A stretch of 53,609 nucleotides of DNA from Candidatus Omnitrophota bacterium (GTDB lineage: Bacteria > Omnitrophota > Gorgyraeia > Gygaellales > Profunditerraquicolaceae). The DNA lies in contig JAPLLV010000030.1 in assembly GCA_026387405.1 (NCBI GenBank), positions 1 through 53,609 on the forward strand, in the 5' to 3' direction. The notes beneath the pieces were generated by a model, which did no database searches, had not been told where the DNA came from, and saw nothing but the letters and a program-made list of their open reading frames with translations. This document shows positions 19,080-27,475 of the stretch, piece after piece (the stretch's first letter is position 1; each line of letters begins with the position of its first letter). The position numbers and the translations under genes were made by a program.

Positions 19080-19535
19080 TTATAGATGAGGCGCGAGATC
19101 CACGATTTCTTCCACCTGCATCTGGATCAGGTATTTAGGTTCGGGTAACATAATCTCGGGATGGCGCGCGTGCCCCTTCTGGCCGCTGATATTTTTCAGC
19201 ACTCTTTGCGTTAACCTGCTGGTAATCCTGTCTTCCCAGGCCCTGATGAGCTCATTATCAAGCTTGTCGCCTTTAATAAGCCTGGTTATCCCTTTAAGAC
19301 AATAACCTTTAAATTTATGCTCATCCACCGCGGTTATGCTTATGCTCGGATTTTTATTCAGGTTCGCATAGGTTTTACTATGATAAAGGTCCAATAGAAA
19401 GACTTCTCCGTTGCTCTTTATTTCCACTATGCCCTTGCAGGAATTATGCGGCATCCCCTTATCGTCAATAGTTGAAACAATTACAAAACCCTGATTCTGA
19501 AAAAAATGTATCACGTCGCTATTCAGCTTTTCCAT
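19080..19535 (-). CDS. Pyridoxamine 5'-phosphate oxidase-family FMN-binding protein
   Basis: VSTID..G.P, KT..NL..NP, GYCLKG. Confidence 0.8.
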   Translation of the reverse strand: MEKLNSDVIHFFQNQGFVIVSTIDDKGMPHNSCKGIVEIKSNGEVFLLDLYHSKTYANLNKNPSISITAVDEHKFKGYCLKGITRLIKGDKLDNELIRAWEDRITSRLTQRVLKNISGQKGHARHPEIMLPEPKYLIQMQVEEIVDLAPHL

Positions 19536-19546
19536 CGCCGCGTACT

Positions 19547-19705
19547 TTATACTTTCTCAAACATATCCTTGGGTACGCCGCACTCGGGGCATACCCAGGA
19601 ATCAGGCAGTTCTTCAAAAGCCGTGCCAGGCTTTATCCCGTTATCCGGATCGCCCTTCTCCGGATCATAAATATACCCGCACACCGTACACCGATACTTT
19701 ACCAT
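19547..19705 (-). CDS. Rubredoxin (52 aa, absent from the ORF track)
   Basis: Hand translation [52 protein letters not shown]; SD gaaggag. Confidence 0.97.
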   Translation of the reverse strand: MVKYRCTVCGYIYDPEKGDPDNGIKPGTAFEELPDSWVCPECGVPKDMFEKV

Positions 19706-19732
19706 AACTTACACTCCTTCTTCGCAGTAGTA

Positions 19733-19901
19733 GACACCCGATTTTATCATGCACCCGGCCATACCTGATTGGCCGGTGCGCCGCCACTGCGGCGATAAAT
19801 CGGTGTCCCGCCTTCTGCGGGAACACCCGCGCAATCGCCTCACAAGAGGCGCACTTTGCCATCCGATAGGCAAAGGTGTCTATCGCTTAGCGCGGGGTGT
19901 C
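19733..19901. repeat. Composite of four nested two-hairpin (CAC..GGTG) elements
   Basis: Units at 19733-19822(-), 19751-19794(-), 19824-19901(+) and 19836-19881(+). Confidence 0.8.
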
Positions 19902-20076
19902 ACTTGGTCAACTCGACTATTTTCTTCTCAAGCAATATCTTATGCTTGGTTTCCTCGCCGAGCAAGAATAGAAAGGTCTCTTGCGCAACCGGGTAATCAA
20001 GAGAGAATTTCCGATAGAGGTCCATTGCCTCGATCTCTTTGGATAAAGCCAATTTTAACGCCTCAATAGGCCCCAT
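19900..20076 (-). CDS. 58-aa half-ferritin / rubrerythrin-like mini-protein (absent from the ORF track)
   Basis: MGPIEALKLALSKEIEAMDLYRKFSLDYPVAQETFLFLLGEETKHKILLEKKIVELTK; a single E..A...Y plus EExxH set; SD ggag. Confidence 0.8.
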   Translation of the reverse strand: MGPIEALKLALSKEIEAMDLYRKFSLDYPVAQETFLFLLGEETKHKILLEKKIVELTK

Positions 20077-20095
20077 AGAGCGTCTCCATTTTTTT

Positions 20096-20127
20096 GGGGA
20101 CGGTTCTCCATAGCGAGAACCGTCCCC
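20096..20127. repeat. Hairpin with perfect 13-bp arms (REP-like)
   Basis: ggggacggttctc-catagc-gagaaccgtcccc; no 3' U-tract on either strand. Confidence 0.65.
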
Positions 20128-20136
20128 CTGATCATA

Positions 20137-20196
20137 CTATTTCTTTTTCTTTGCCTTTTTCTTCGGTTTCTTTGGACCGCAGCTTCCGCAGCTCAT
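20137..20196 (-). CDS. Putative 19-aa peptide MSCGSCGPKKPKKKAKKKK
   Basis: ATG preceded by a strong SD (aaggaggtgagct), TAG stop, co-directional with its neighbours. Confidence 0.55.
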   Translation of the reverse strand: MSCGSCGPKKPKKKAKKKK

Positions 20197-20207
20197 AGCT
20201 CACCTCC

Positions 20208-20256
20208 TTGTCCACAAGGACAACACCCGCGCAAATCCTATCTGCGCGGGGTGTCT
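20208..20256 (+). repeat. Two-hairpin CAC..GGTG element
   Basis: ttgtcc-acaa-ggacaa CAC ccgcgc-aaatcctatct-gcgcgg GGTG tct. Confidence 0.8.
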
Positions 20257-20263
20257 CTCCTTA

Positions 20264-21460
20264 TTAACTATGAGAAACTATCTTTGCCGCAAACTCATTT
20301 CCCCATTGATAACACTGCTTTAACATAGACTCGTCCGGAGAGTATTGAGTAGTCAGGGCCGGCTGCGTGATCTCTATGCCGGCCTCTTTCATTATACCCT
20401 CTATTTCTTTCTGCGCACCTCCTGCCCAGCCGTAAGAGCCGAATGTGGCGCCTACCCTGTTCTTGGACCTTATCCCTTTTATAAATTCCAGGAAACCCGC
20501 GATATTCGGGAGCATATCATTATCGTGAGTAGAAGAACCGAACAGGAATCCTTTTGCATCCAGCATCTCGCTAATCACCTCGGTGCGGTCAGTCAAGGCA
20601 ATATCAAAAAGTTTTACCTTTATACCCGCGTCTTCTAAGCCTTCCAGAATTTTTCTTGCCATCTTCTCAGTCGCTCCCCACATCGTTTCATACGCTATCA
20701 CAACCTTTTCTTGCGTGGTATTCTTAGCCCATCCCGAGTAGGCATTTAAAACCTTTGCGGGATCCTTGCGCCAGATAATGCCGTGGCTGGGAGCGATCAT
20801 ATCGATAGAGATACCGGATTTCTGGATCTCTTCGATCTTTTTCAAGATAACCCCGCCCAATGGCCAGAGGATATTGGCATAATATTTTTTTGTCTCCTCC
20901 ATGAGCGCGCAGGGGTCTGTCTCGTCATCAAACCTTTCAGCTGTGGCATAGTGCTGGCCAAAGGCGTCATTAGGCATAAGCAATTTTTCTTCCGGGCAAT
21001 AGGTAAACATGCTGTCCGGCCAGTGGATCATCGGGGCCTCGAAAAAGTTGAGGGTGCGTTTCCCCAGATCCAATTTGTCGCCGGTCTTGACTACCTGAAA
21101 ATCCCAGTCTTCGTGATAATGCTTCCACAGGCCTTCTTTACACTTAGCGGTACCCAGCACTTTTGCCTTGGGGCAGAGCTTTGTTATTGCGGGGAGGGCG
21201 CCTGAATGGTCGGTCTCCACGTGATTGGCAATGATATAATCGATTTTCTCAAGAGGGATGATCTCTCTTATCCTTTCGATCAATTCGGAGGCAAAAGGAC
21301 CGTACACCGTATCCACCAGGGCTATTTTTTCATCTACCACCAGATAGGCATTATAGGTAGTCCCGCGTTTAGTCGTATAGGTATGCCCGTGAAAGCTGCG
21401 CATATTCCAATCCACTGCGCCCACCCAAAAGATATTCTTTTTGATCTCGATCTTGTTCAT
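20264..21460 (-). CDS. fprA: Flavodiiron protein (FprA / rubredoxin:O2/NO oxidoreductase)
   Basis: GTTYNAYL, NHVETDHSG, HWPDSM, DAFGQH, PSHG, flavodoxin domain FGSYGW. Confidence 0.95.
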   Translation of the reverse strand: MNKIEIKKNIFWVGAVDWNMRSFHGHTYTTKRGTTYNAYLVVDEKIALVDTVYGPFASELIERIREIIPLEKIDYIIANHVETDHSGALPAITKLCPKAKVLGTAKCKEGLWKHYHEDWDFQVVKTGDKLDLGKRTLNFFEAPMIHWPDSMFTYCPEEKLLMPNDAFGQHYATAERFDDETDPCALMEETKKYYANILWPLGGVILKKIEEIQKSGISIDMIAPSHGIIWRKDPAKVLNAYSGWAKNTTQEKVVIAYETMWGATEKMARKILEGLEDAGIKVKLFDIALTDRTEVISEMLDAKGFLFGSSTHDNDMLPNIAGFLEFIKGIRSKNRVGATFGSYGWAGGAQKEIEGIMKEAGIEITQPALTTQYSPDESMLKQCYQWGNEFAAKIVSHS

Positions 21461-21480
21461 TGAAACCTCCCGCGGTCAAC

Positions 21481-22338
21481 TTACTGAGTAATCAGTAATT
21501 CGTCGATAATTTTCGCCATGATAAAGTCATTCTCTGTCAAGCCGCCGGCTGCGTGAGTGGTAAGCGTGATCTTGACTTTATTATAGATTATTGTAATTGT
21601 AGGGTGATGCCCTTGTTCCTCGGCAATCACCGCGACTAGATCTACGAAGTACTTTGCCTCTACGAAATCCTTGAACTTGAATTCCTTTACCAGCTTCTTG
21701 TCTTCAACAAATTCCCAGCCCCGGTACTTTGCCAGTAATCTCTCTATCTTTTCTTTGGGTAAAGGCGGCGTCCCCCCTTCGCAGGGCCGGCAATGTTCGG
21801 GAAGCTCGTCCTTTTTTGCAACTGCCGGAAGATTAATCACCTCTTCTAATTTTTTTAGTGCAGCTTCGTAATCCGGAGGCGCGGTCAACTCTCCGACAAT
21901 CTGTATATACCTGATAATGTCTTCTTTGTCTACTATAATTATAGTCCTGGCCAATAGATTCAATTCTTTTATAAGTAACCCGTAGTTTATGCCGAAAGAA
22001 CCTGTCTTGTAATCGGAAAGTAGCGTGACGTTCTTGATGCCGTTTTCCGAACAGAATCTTTTCTGGGCAAAAGGGAGGTCTTTGCTTATCCCGATAATGG
22101 CCACTTCCGAAGAAATACCCGTAGCCCTCTTATTAAATTCCTTTACCTGCAGGTCGCACACCGGGGTATCAATGGAGGGAAAGCTGGTGATGATCCTGAG
22201 TTTATTTTTAAAATCAGCCAGAGTAACTTCTTTTAGATCCTGGGAGGTTACCTTAAAGTCCGGAGCAACAATCCCCTCTTTTAAGGCCCTGCCCACCAGC
22301 GTCAAAGGATTTCCTTTAAAAGTTATTGTTTTAACCAT
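21481..22338 (-). CDS. tpx: Thiol peroxidase fused to pterin-4a-carbinolamine dehydratase
   Basis: N-terminal TFKGNP, PSIDTPVC, DLPFAQKRFC; C-terminal CRPCEGG, AEEQGHHP, THAAGGLTENDFIMA. Confidence 0.9.
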   Translation of the reverse strand: MVKTITFKGNPLTLVGRALKEGIVAPDFKVTSQDLKEVTLADFKNKLRIITSFPSIDTPVCDLQVKEFNKRATGISSEVAIIGISKDLPFAQKRFCSENGIKNVTLLSDYKTGSFGINYGLLIKELNLLARTIIIVDKEDIIRYIQIVGELTAPPDYEAALKKLEEVINLPAVAKKDELPEHCRPCEGGTPPLPKEKIERLLAKYRGWEFVEDKKLVKEFKFKDFVEAKYFVDLVAVIAEEQGHHPTITIIYNKVKITLTTHAAGGLTENDFIMAKIIDELLITQ

Positions 22339-22350
22339 TTTCCCCCCTCT

Positions 22351-23061
22351 TCAGTATCCTATAAATTGTTCGGTTTTTATCTGCTCCTTGGAACAACCCA
22401 TCCCCAGGCACAGGTTATTCATCGCCTCTACCATCTTAGGAGGGCCAAAGGTAAATATAACCCTCTGGCTCATATCGCACATATATTTTTTTAATAAACC
22501 TTCATCTATCCTGCCGAAGATACAGGTCGCTTCCCTGGGCGGACAATCAGTCACCACATAGCTTACCTTTATATTCTTATTCTTCAGCTTCCACCCATCC
22601 AGCTCATTCTTAAAAGCTATCTCTTCTTCAGTGCGGTTGGAATAAATAAGACACACGTCCGTATCCAGCTTCTTATCCATTATATACTCGATAATAGAGA
22701 TCACCGGAGTGATACCTATGCCTCCTATGAGAAAGGCGATCTTCTTGTAGCTATCCTGGAACACGCAGGAACCTAGCGGCGTCTTAAACAGAAGTTCGTC
22801 ATTGACCTTTAGTACGTTGAGCCTCTGCGAAAATTTGCTTTCGCTTAACCTCTTGGTAACCTCAATATATTTTTTAGTGGGCGAAGATGAGAAAGAAAGA
22901 TATTTATTCAATTCCTTGTTATCCCTATTTAGCTCATCAAAGATAACCTGGGAGAACTGGCCCGGGATAAAATCAAGCGCCTGGGGCAGTTGAAATCTAA
23001 AACTCTCTACTGTCCGGGTCCTGACTATCTTTTCGAGAAAACTCAAACCTATCTCTTTCAT
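22351..23061 (-). CDS. FAD/NAD(P)-binding oxidoreductase (ferredoxin reductase-like)
   Basis: FIPGQF, SFSSSP, GGIGITP, YSNR, GPPKM. Confidence 0.88.
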   Translation of the reverse strand: MKEIGLSFLEKIVRTRTVESFRFQLPQALDFIPGQFSQVIFDELNRDNKELNKYLSFSSSPTKKYIEVTKRLSESKFSQRLNVLKVNDELLFKTPLGSCVFQDSYKKIAFLIGGIGITPVISIIEYIMDKKLDTDVCLIYSNRTEEEIAFKNELDGWKLKNKNIKVSYVVTDCPPREATCIFGRIDEGLLKKYMCDMSQRVIFTFGPPKMVEAMNNLCLGMGCSKEQIKTEQFIGY

Positions 23062-23996
23062 AGGCCGACTTCCTTGATCACCGCCTTGATCGTATCAGCG
23101 GATTTCCTTAAAGAAACCAGCTCCTGCTCGCTGGGGTTGATCCTGAGCAGCTCACGTATGCCTGCGCGGTGGACTACCGCCGGAACGCTTAAATACACGT
23201 CGCTGATACCATGGTAATCCTCCAGATAACAGGAAACAGGCAAAATAGAATTCTCATCTTTTAAGATCGCCTCACTGATCTTCACCAGGGCCAGGGCAAT
23301 GCCGTAGGAAGTCTCTCCCTTCCTGGTAATTATTTGATATGCGTAGTCCCTGGCCTCTTTAAAAATATCATCTAACCGGCTATGGTCGCACTTATGGCAG
23401 GCAGGGCAGTATTCCGTGAAGAACATACTGCCTATAATAGCCTTACTCCATAAAGGGAACTCGGAATCCCCGTGCTCGCCCAGGATATAGGCGTGGACAT
23501 TACGGGCATCTATATTGCAGTGTTTGGCCAGAAGCCACCTGAAACGCGAACTGTCAAGGACCGTCCCGGAACCTATTACTTCCTGCCAGGGCTTTCCGGA
23601 AAACTTATGCGCCGCGTAGGAAAGCACGTCTACGGGATTAGTAACTACCAACCATACCGCTTTTTGGGCATGCCTGGCTACGTGGGGAATGATCTCCTTG
23701 AATACTTCGACATTATCGCGCACAAGGTCAAGCCTGGTCTGGCCGGGCTTCTGTTTTGCCCCCGCTGTGATAACCACTAAATCCGCGTCTTCCAGATCAG
23801 GATAATCTCCTACTTTTATCTCTACGGGAGACATATAGGGCATGCCGCTGGCCAGGTCCAAAACCTCGCCTTCAGCGCGCGCCTTATCCCGGTCAAGGAT
23901 GACTACGGAACGCGCGACTCCGCTTATCACCAGGCTATAGGCGTATCTTATACCTACGTTTCCTGCGCCAATGATCCCTATTTTTGGCTTAAGCAT
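23058..23996 (-). CDS. ldh: L-lactate dehydrogenase
   Basis: GAGNVG, TAGAKQKPGQTRLDL (Gln indicates LDH specificity), TNPVD, LDSSR, GEHGDS. Confidence 0.93.
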   Translation of the reverse strand: MLKPKIGIIGAGNVGIRYAYSLVISGVARSVVILDRDKARAEGEVLDLASGMPYMSPVEIKVGDYPDLEDADLVVITAGAKQKPGQTRLDLVRDNVEVFKEIIPHVARHAQKAVWLVVTNPVDVLSYAAHKFSGKPWQEVIGSGTVLDSSRFRWLLAKHCNIDARNVHAYILGEHGDSEFPLWSKAIIGSMFFTEYCPACHKCDHSRLDDIFKEARDYAYQIITRKGETSYGIALALVKISEAILKDENSILPVSCYLEDYHGISDVYLSVPAVVHRAGIRELLRINPSEQELVSLRKSADTIKAVIKEVGL

Positions 23997-24018
23997 ATAT
24001 AGTATCCTTCACAGTAAT

Positions 24019-24065
24019 AGACACCCGATTTTACCGGATAAATCGGTGTACTGCCTTCTGCAGTA
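24019..24065 (-). repeat. Two-hairpin CAC..GGTG element
   Basis: Minus strand: tactgc-agaag-gcagta CAC cgattt-atccggta-aaatcg GGTG tct. Confidence 0.8.
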
Positions 24066-24122
24066 TTATCTCATTGCCACTTACCTTTATCAATTATTTA
24101 ATTCCGCTTTCTATTGACTTTT

Positions 24123-24169
24123 CGCCACAGAAGGTGGCGCACTTTGCCTTCCGATAGGCAAAGGTGTCT
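24123..24169 (+). repeat. Two-hairpin CAC..GGTG element
   Basis: cgccac-agaag-gtggcg CAC tttgcc-ttccgata-ggcaaa GGTG tct. Confidence 0.8.
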
Positions 24170-24173
24170 CCGA

Positions 24174-24434
24174 CTATCCAAATATATCCTTTAAATCCTT
24201 CTCCGGGTGGAACCCTTTTAATTCTCTCCACTTGTCTTCGCCAATACACTCCCGGGCATGCTTACACCAATCTACGCACGAAGGAAGCCTCTCCCGGCAG
24301 ACCAGGTTCTTGCACTTGGGGCACCCCACCTTTACTTCATCGGAAAAGATCTCTAATTTATGTCCGCAATCAGGGCACCTGATGGTCTCGACCTTCAAAT
24401 TCCTGTCGTCCTGCCCCGGGCATTTCTGCATCAT
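24174..24434 (-). CDS. Small Cys-rich metal-binding protein
   Basis: CPGQD, CPDC, CPKC, CVDWC..AREC; 4-nt overlap with the upstream ferredoxin gene. Confidence 0.75.
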   Translation of the reverse strand: MMQKCPGQDDRNLKVETIRCPDCGHKLEIFSDEVKVGCPKCKNLVCRERLPSCVDWCKHARECIGEDKWRELKGFHPEKDLKDIFG

Positions 24435-25111
24435 GCTATTTTTTCTCCTTTTATACTAATAGTGATCTCCTTAAACGGCACTTTTTTACCGCTGCGCCGG
24501 ATCGCTTCCTGGATAATGCCTACGAGCCCGAAGCAACAAGGCACCTCCATGTGCGCATAGGTTATCGACCACACGTTGTTATTCTCCAGTATCTGAACAA
24601 ATTTTTCTTGATATACCTCTAGATCGTCAAGTTTCGGACACCCCACAAGCAGGGTCTTTCCTTTTAGTAAATCCTCATGGAAATTCGCATAGGCAAACGG
24701 CACGCAATCCGCGGCGATCAACAGATCCACATTATTTAAATAGGGCGCAAAAGGAGGAACGAGCGCCAACTGCACAGGCCATTGGCGCAGCTGCGACTCA
24801 ATCCCTCCTCCAGCTTGCCCCTTACCTTCCGTGGCAGGCGCGGCTTCTTTTTTCCTGAAATCCATCATCTTTGACCCGGGACAACCGGGAGATCCCGGAT
24901 GCACAAATTCCTTAGCCTCCCTCTCTTCAATGGTAATCGCGTCCTGAGGACACTTGCCGAGGCATGCGCCCAGGCCGTCGCATAATACATCGCTCACTAA
25001 GCGCGCTTTGCCATCTACCAACCGTATCGCTCCCTCTTGACAATTAGGTATGCATAAACCGCAACCGTTACATTTATTTTCATCAATTTTGATTATTTTT
25101 CTTTTTACCAT
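24431..25111 (-). CDS. 2x[4Fe-4S] ferredoxin-domain iron-sulfur protein
   Basis: CNGCGLC..NC, CDGLGACLGKCP, GCPG, QWPVQL, AADC, GCPKLD, MEVPCC. Confidence 0.9.
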   Translation of the reverse strand: MVKRKIIKIDENKCNGCGLCIPNCQEGAIRLVDGKARLVSDVLCDGLGACLGKCPQDAITIEEREAKEFVHPGSPGCPGSKMMDFRKKEAAPATEGKGQAGGGIESQLRQWPVQLALVPPFAPYLNNVDLLIAADCVPFAYANFHEDLLKGKTLLVGCPKLDDLEVYQEKFVQILENNNVWSITYAHMEVPCCFGLVGIIQEAIRRSGKKVPFKEITISIKGEKIA

Positions 25112-25114
25112 ACA

Positions 25115-25516
25115 TCAGTCTCGCGCTAAATTACCTATGGTTATCTTTCCTATGTCCTTCAACGCCTGCCTCTCTATCTCCATTATTTTCTTTCTCAGGC
25201 CGCATGAATATCGCCTGGGACAGCATTCTTTTTTAAAAAGGCACTCGTTAAGGGAAAACTGGCCCTGGAAAACCCGCATCACCTCTATTAAGCTTATTCT
25301 CCCCGGGGAGATCGCCATGGAGAACCCTCCACCCTTACCTTTATATGCCTTTAATATGCCCTTATTGTGCAATAGCTGAAGGATCTTGCGTAAAAAAGGC
25401 CGCGGTATCTCAAGTGCCTTTACCAGCTCAGGCACGGATATCGTCCTCTCCCGATGCTTAGCCAGGTAACACAGCGCCCTTACCGCGTAATCAGTGTCTC
25501 TTGTGATTAACTTCAT
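25115..25516 (-). CDS. Rrf2-family transcriptional regulator
   Basis: ITRDTDYAVRAL, FLRKILQ, GKGGGF, C-terminal Cys cluster; start moved to MKLITR. Confidence 0.92.
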   Translation of the reverse strand: MKLITRDTDYAVRALCYLAKHRERTISVPELVKALEIPRPFLRKILQLLHNKGILKAYKGKGGGFSMAISPGRISLIEVMRVFQGQFSLNECLFKKECCPRRYSCGLRKKIMEIERQALKDIGKITIGNLARD

Positions 25517-25524
25517 ACTCCCTC

Positions 25525-25571
25525 TTGTCCGCAAGGACAACACCCGCGCAACCCCTATCTGCGCGGGGTGC
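25525..25571 (+). repeat. Two-hairpin CAC..GGTG element
   Basis: ttgtcc-gcaa-ggacaa CAC ccgcgc-aacccctatct-gcgcgg GGTG. Confidence 0.8.
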
Positions 25572-25578
25572 CTCATCC

Positions 25579-25608
25579 AAATGATACCATAATTGTATCA
25601 TTTGTCAA
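25579..25608 (-). promoter_or_regulatory. Sigma70 promoter overlapped by a palindromic operator (probable Rrf2 site)
   Basis: TTGACA-16 nt-TATCAT with a TG extension; inverted repeat aaatgatac-N7-gtatcattt. Confidence 0.7.
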
Positions 25609-25609
25609 G

Positions 25610-25649
25610 AAAAAAAGGAGGGGGGCGCTAAGAAACGCGCCCCCTCCGG
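25610..25649 (-). terminator. Rho-independent terminator after thi4
   Basis: ggagggggcgc..gcgcccccctcc stem followed by a T-run on the minus strand. Confidence 0.8.
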
Positions 25650-25656
25650 ACTTTCT

Positions 25657-26463
25657 TCAGCTCGCTAATGGCAATGGTTCCCGCAAAACAGATTTCCCCA
25701 GGATCTCTTTCGCAAGCTTAGCGGCCTTTATTCCTGAATAGAGCATCCCCGAAAATGTCGGCCCCATGCGCGGGATCCCGTACGCGCTTGAAACCGCCAT
25801 ACCGCAAACCAACAGCCCCGGGAAGATAACGCCGGTTTTTTCAACCACGAGGTCTTCGGATGTGTTCACGTCCATAGGCCCGAAATCTTTCAATTGAAGG
25901 AGTTTTCTCCTCTCCAGCGCCCTACAGACGTGCGCATCATGCCCGGTGGCATCAATAACTACCTTTGCTTCTAAAGAAACCGGGTCAACGCAGGTGATCT
26001 GCCTGGGAAGCGCAGAAACCGGCGTCCAATTAATTACCACTCCTTCGACGCGGTTGTTACGCAAGACTACGTCATCGAATTTGGTCATATTCAGGATTTT
26101 TGCTCCGGCATCGCAGGCAGCGGCGATCAGCTTTGAGCAGGCCTCGGGACCGGAAGCGGTAAACAAACCCTTCTCTACCTCTTGATGACGGATACCCAAT
26201 TCAGTCAGGATCACTTGCCCCGGGGCTCTAAAGGTCAGCGTATTCATAAGATATCCGCCGATCCAGAAACCTCCTCCGATGTAATTATTGCTTTCCACTA
26301 CCAGCGTTTTAATGCCTGACCCAGCCAAATCCCTTGCCGCGATAAGCCCGCTTGGCCCTCCGCCGATGATGATAATGTCGCTCGTGATATACTCCTGGAA
26401 CCAGCGATCGAAATCTCCCACGATCGCCCTGGTGATACTTGCCTCACTTACCTTTGCAAACAT
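25657..26463 (-). CDS. thi4: Thi4-family adenosine diphosphate thiazole synthase
   Basis: GGGPSGL, GGGFWIGG, CVDP, DATGH, PRMGPTFSGMLYSG; start MFAKVSE (26463); TPP riboswitch upstream. Confidence 0.95.
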   Translation of the reverse strand: MFAKVSEASITRAIVGDFDRWFQEYITSDIIIIGGGPSGLIAARDLAGSGIKTLVVESNNYIGGGFWIGGYLMNTLTFRAPGQVILTELGIRHQEVEKGLFTASGPEACSKLIAAACDAGAKILNMTKFDDVVLRNNRVEGVVINWTPVSALPRQITCVDPVSLEAKVVIDATGHDAHVCRALERRKLLQLKDFGPMDVNTSEDLVVEKTGVIFPGLLVCGMAVSSAYGIPRMGPTFSGMLYSGIKAAKLAKEILGKSVLREPLPLAS

Positions 26464-26509
26464 ACCTCTCCCCCTTTCATCTAGACCAAGATAACCCAGC
26501 CGGATAAAT

Positions 26510-26539
26510 AAAAAATCCCTATTGCCAACCAATAGGGAC
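26510..26539 (-). terminator. Riboswitch expression-platform terminator
   Basis: tccctattg-gttgg-caataggga followed by tttttt, between the aptamer and thi4. Confidence 0.8.
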
Positions 26540-26554
26540 GTCTAAAACAACTAC

Positions 26555-26645
26555 CTATTCCTACGCTGGCATTATCCAGATCAGGTTCTCGGGTCATCCG
26601 CTCTTACAGCGGAACTCTCAGGCCGTTTCACGACCTCCCCGTATT
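26555..26645 (-). ncRNA. TPP riboswitch
   Basis: Minus strand: gggg..ctgaga..gaccc..gaacctgatctggataatgccagcgtaggaa, the canonical THI-box motifs. Confidence 0.95.
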
Positions 26646-26679
26646 TACATTTTCATTAAACCACAAAATAATACCGGAG

Positions 26680-27423
26680 TCAATGTTTAACTTCCGGGAT
26701 CTTATTGAGAAACGGTACGCACAGATTTAAGGCTAAAAGGCCGGCGAGCTCAACGTCAAACGTCGCCCCCGCTTGAGTCAGAACAAAAATTACCGCTGCC
26801 ACGCCAACGCCGAAGATAGTCTTCCCCAGCGGTTTTATGGGGGTAGTCTTGGGCTCGATGAGCATAACAAAGATATAGAAATAACTGAAGATCCCGAATA
26901 TGTTCGATAGAGGGGCGTGCTGGGTAAGCATCTGCATACCGAAGAGAACGAACGAGGTAACGGCGTAACCATACAACACCTCCAGCTTCCTTATCTTCCA
27001 GATGAAATATAGACCAACCGGCACAACGATATACCAAAGATACGTACCTTTCCATTGAGTTTGGGCCTGCAATAAAACCGTGCTCAAAAATATCCCTATA
27101 GCGGCGGGATTAAATAAATGCTTGCCCTTAAAACGAATAAGATGCTTTGAGCAGATTGCGATAAACGCAGCCGCGACAAAAACCCACCAGGGATTGTCGC
27201 TTGCCAGCACATACCCGATAATCAGGCCTGAGATAACAGAGCTCTCAGTCAGGAGTAGTTTCTTTGACCTTATATAGGTAAAAACAGAATCTATGGCTAT
27301 AGCCGAAGCGGTTGCAAGCAAAGTAGTAAGCAGGAACATCGCGCCTTTGCCTACTATAAACAGATAAAATACGAATAAGAACAAGTAGATAACTAATTGC
27401 GACTTAATACTTATATTTTTCAT
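26680..27423 (-). CDS. Stand-alone RnfD/NqrB-family membrane protein
   Basis: SSVISGLII, AICSKHLI..GKHLFNPAA, FVMLIEPKTTP. Confidence 0.75.
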   Translation of the reverse strand: MKNISIKSQLVIYLFLFVFYLFIVGKGAMFLLTTLLATASAIAIDSVFTYIRSKKLLLTESSVISGLIIGYVLASDNPWWVFVAAAFIAICSKHLIRFKGKHLFNPAAIGIFLSTVLLQAQTQWKGTYLWYIVVPVGLYFIWKIRKLEVLYGYAVTSFVLFGMQMLTQHAPLSNIFGIFSYFYIFVMLIEPKTTPIKPLGKTIFGVGVAAVIFVLTQAGATFDVELAGLLALNLCVPFLNKIPEVKH

Positions 27424-27475
27424 AAGCCCTCCATTGTTATTAAGGCTTTTGGTTTCGTCTCGGCGCTAAAATATC

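Noticed and set aside
19665-20069. ORFs 19665-19862(-) and 19749-20069(+)
   Set aside because: They run through palindromic repeats and overlap the real rubredoxin and half-ferritin genes
20096-20127. Terminator call for the 13-bp hairpin
   Set aside because: It is followed by an A-run on the coding strand and has no T-run on the other strand
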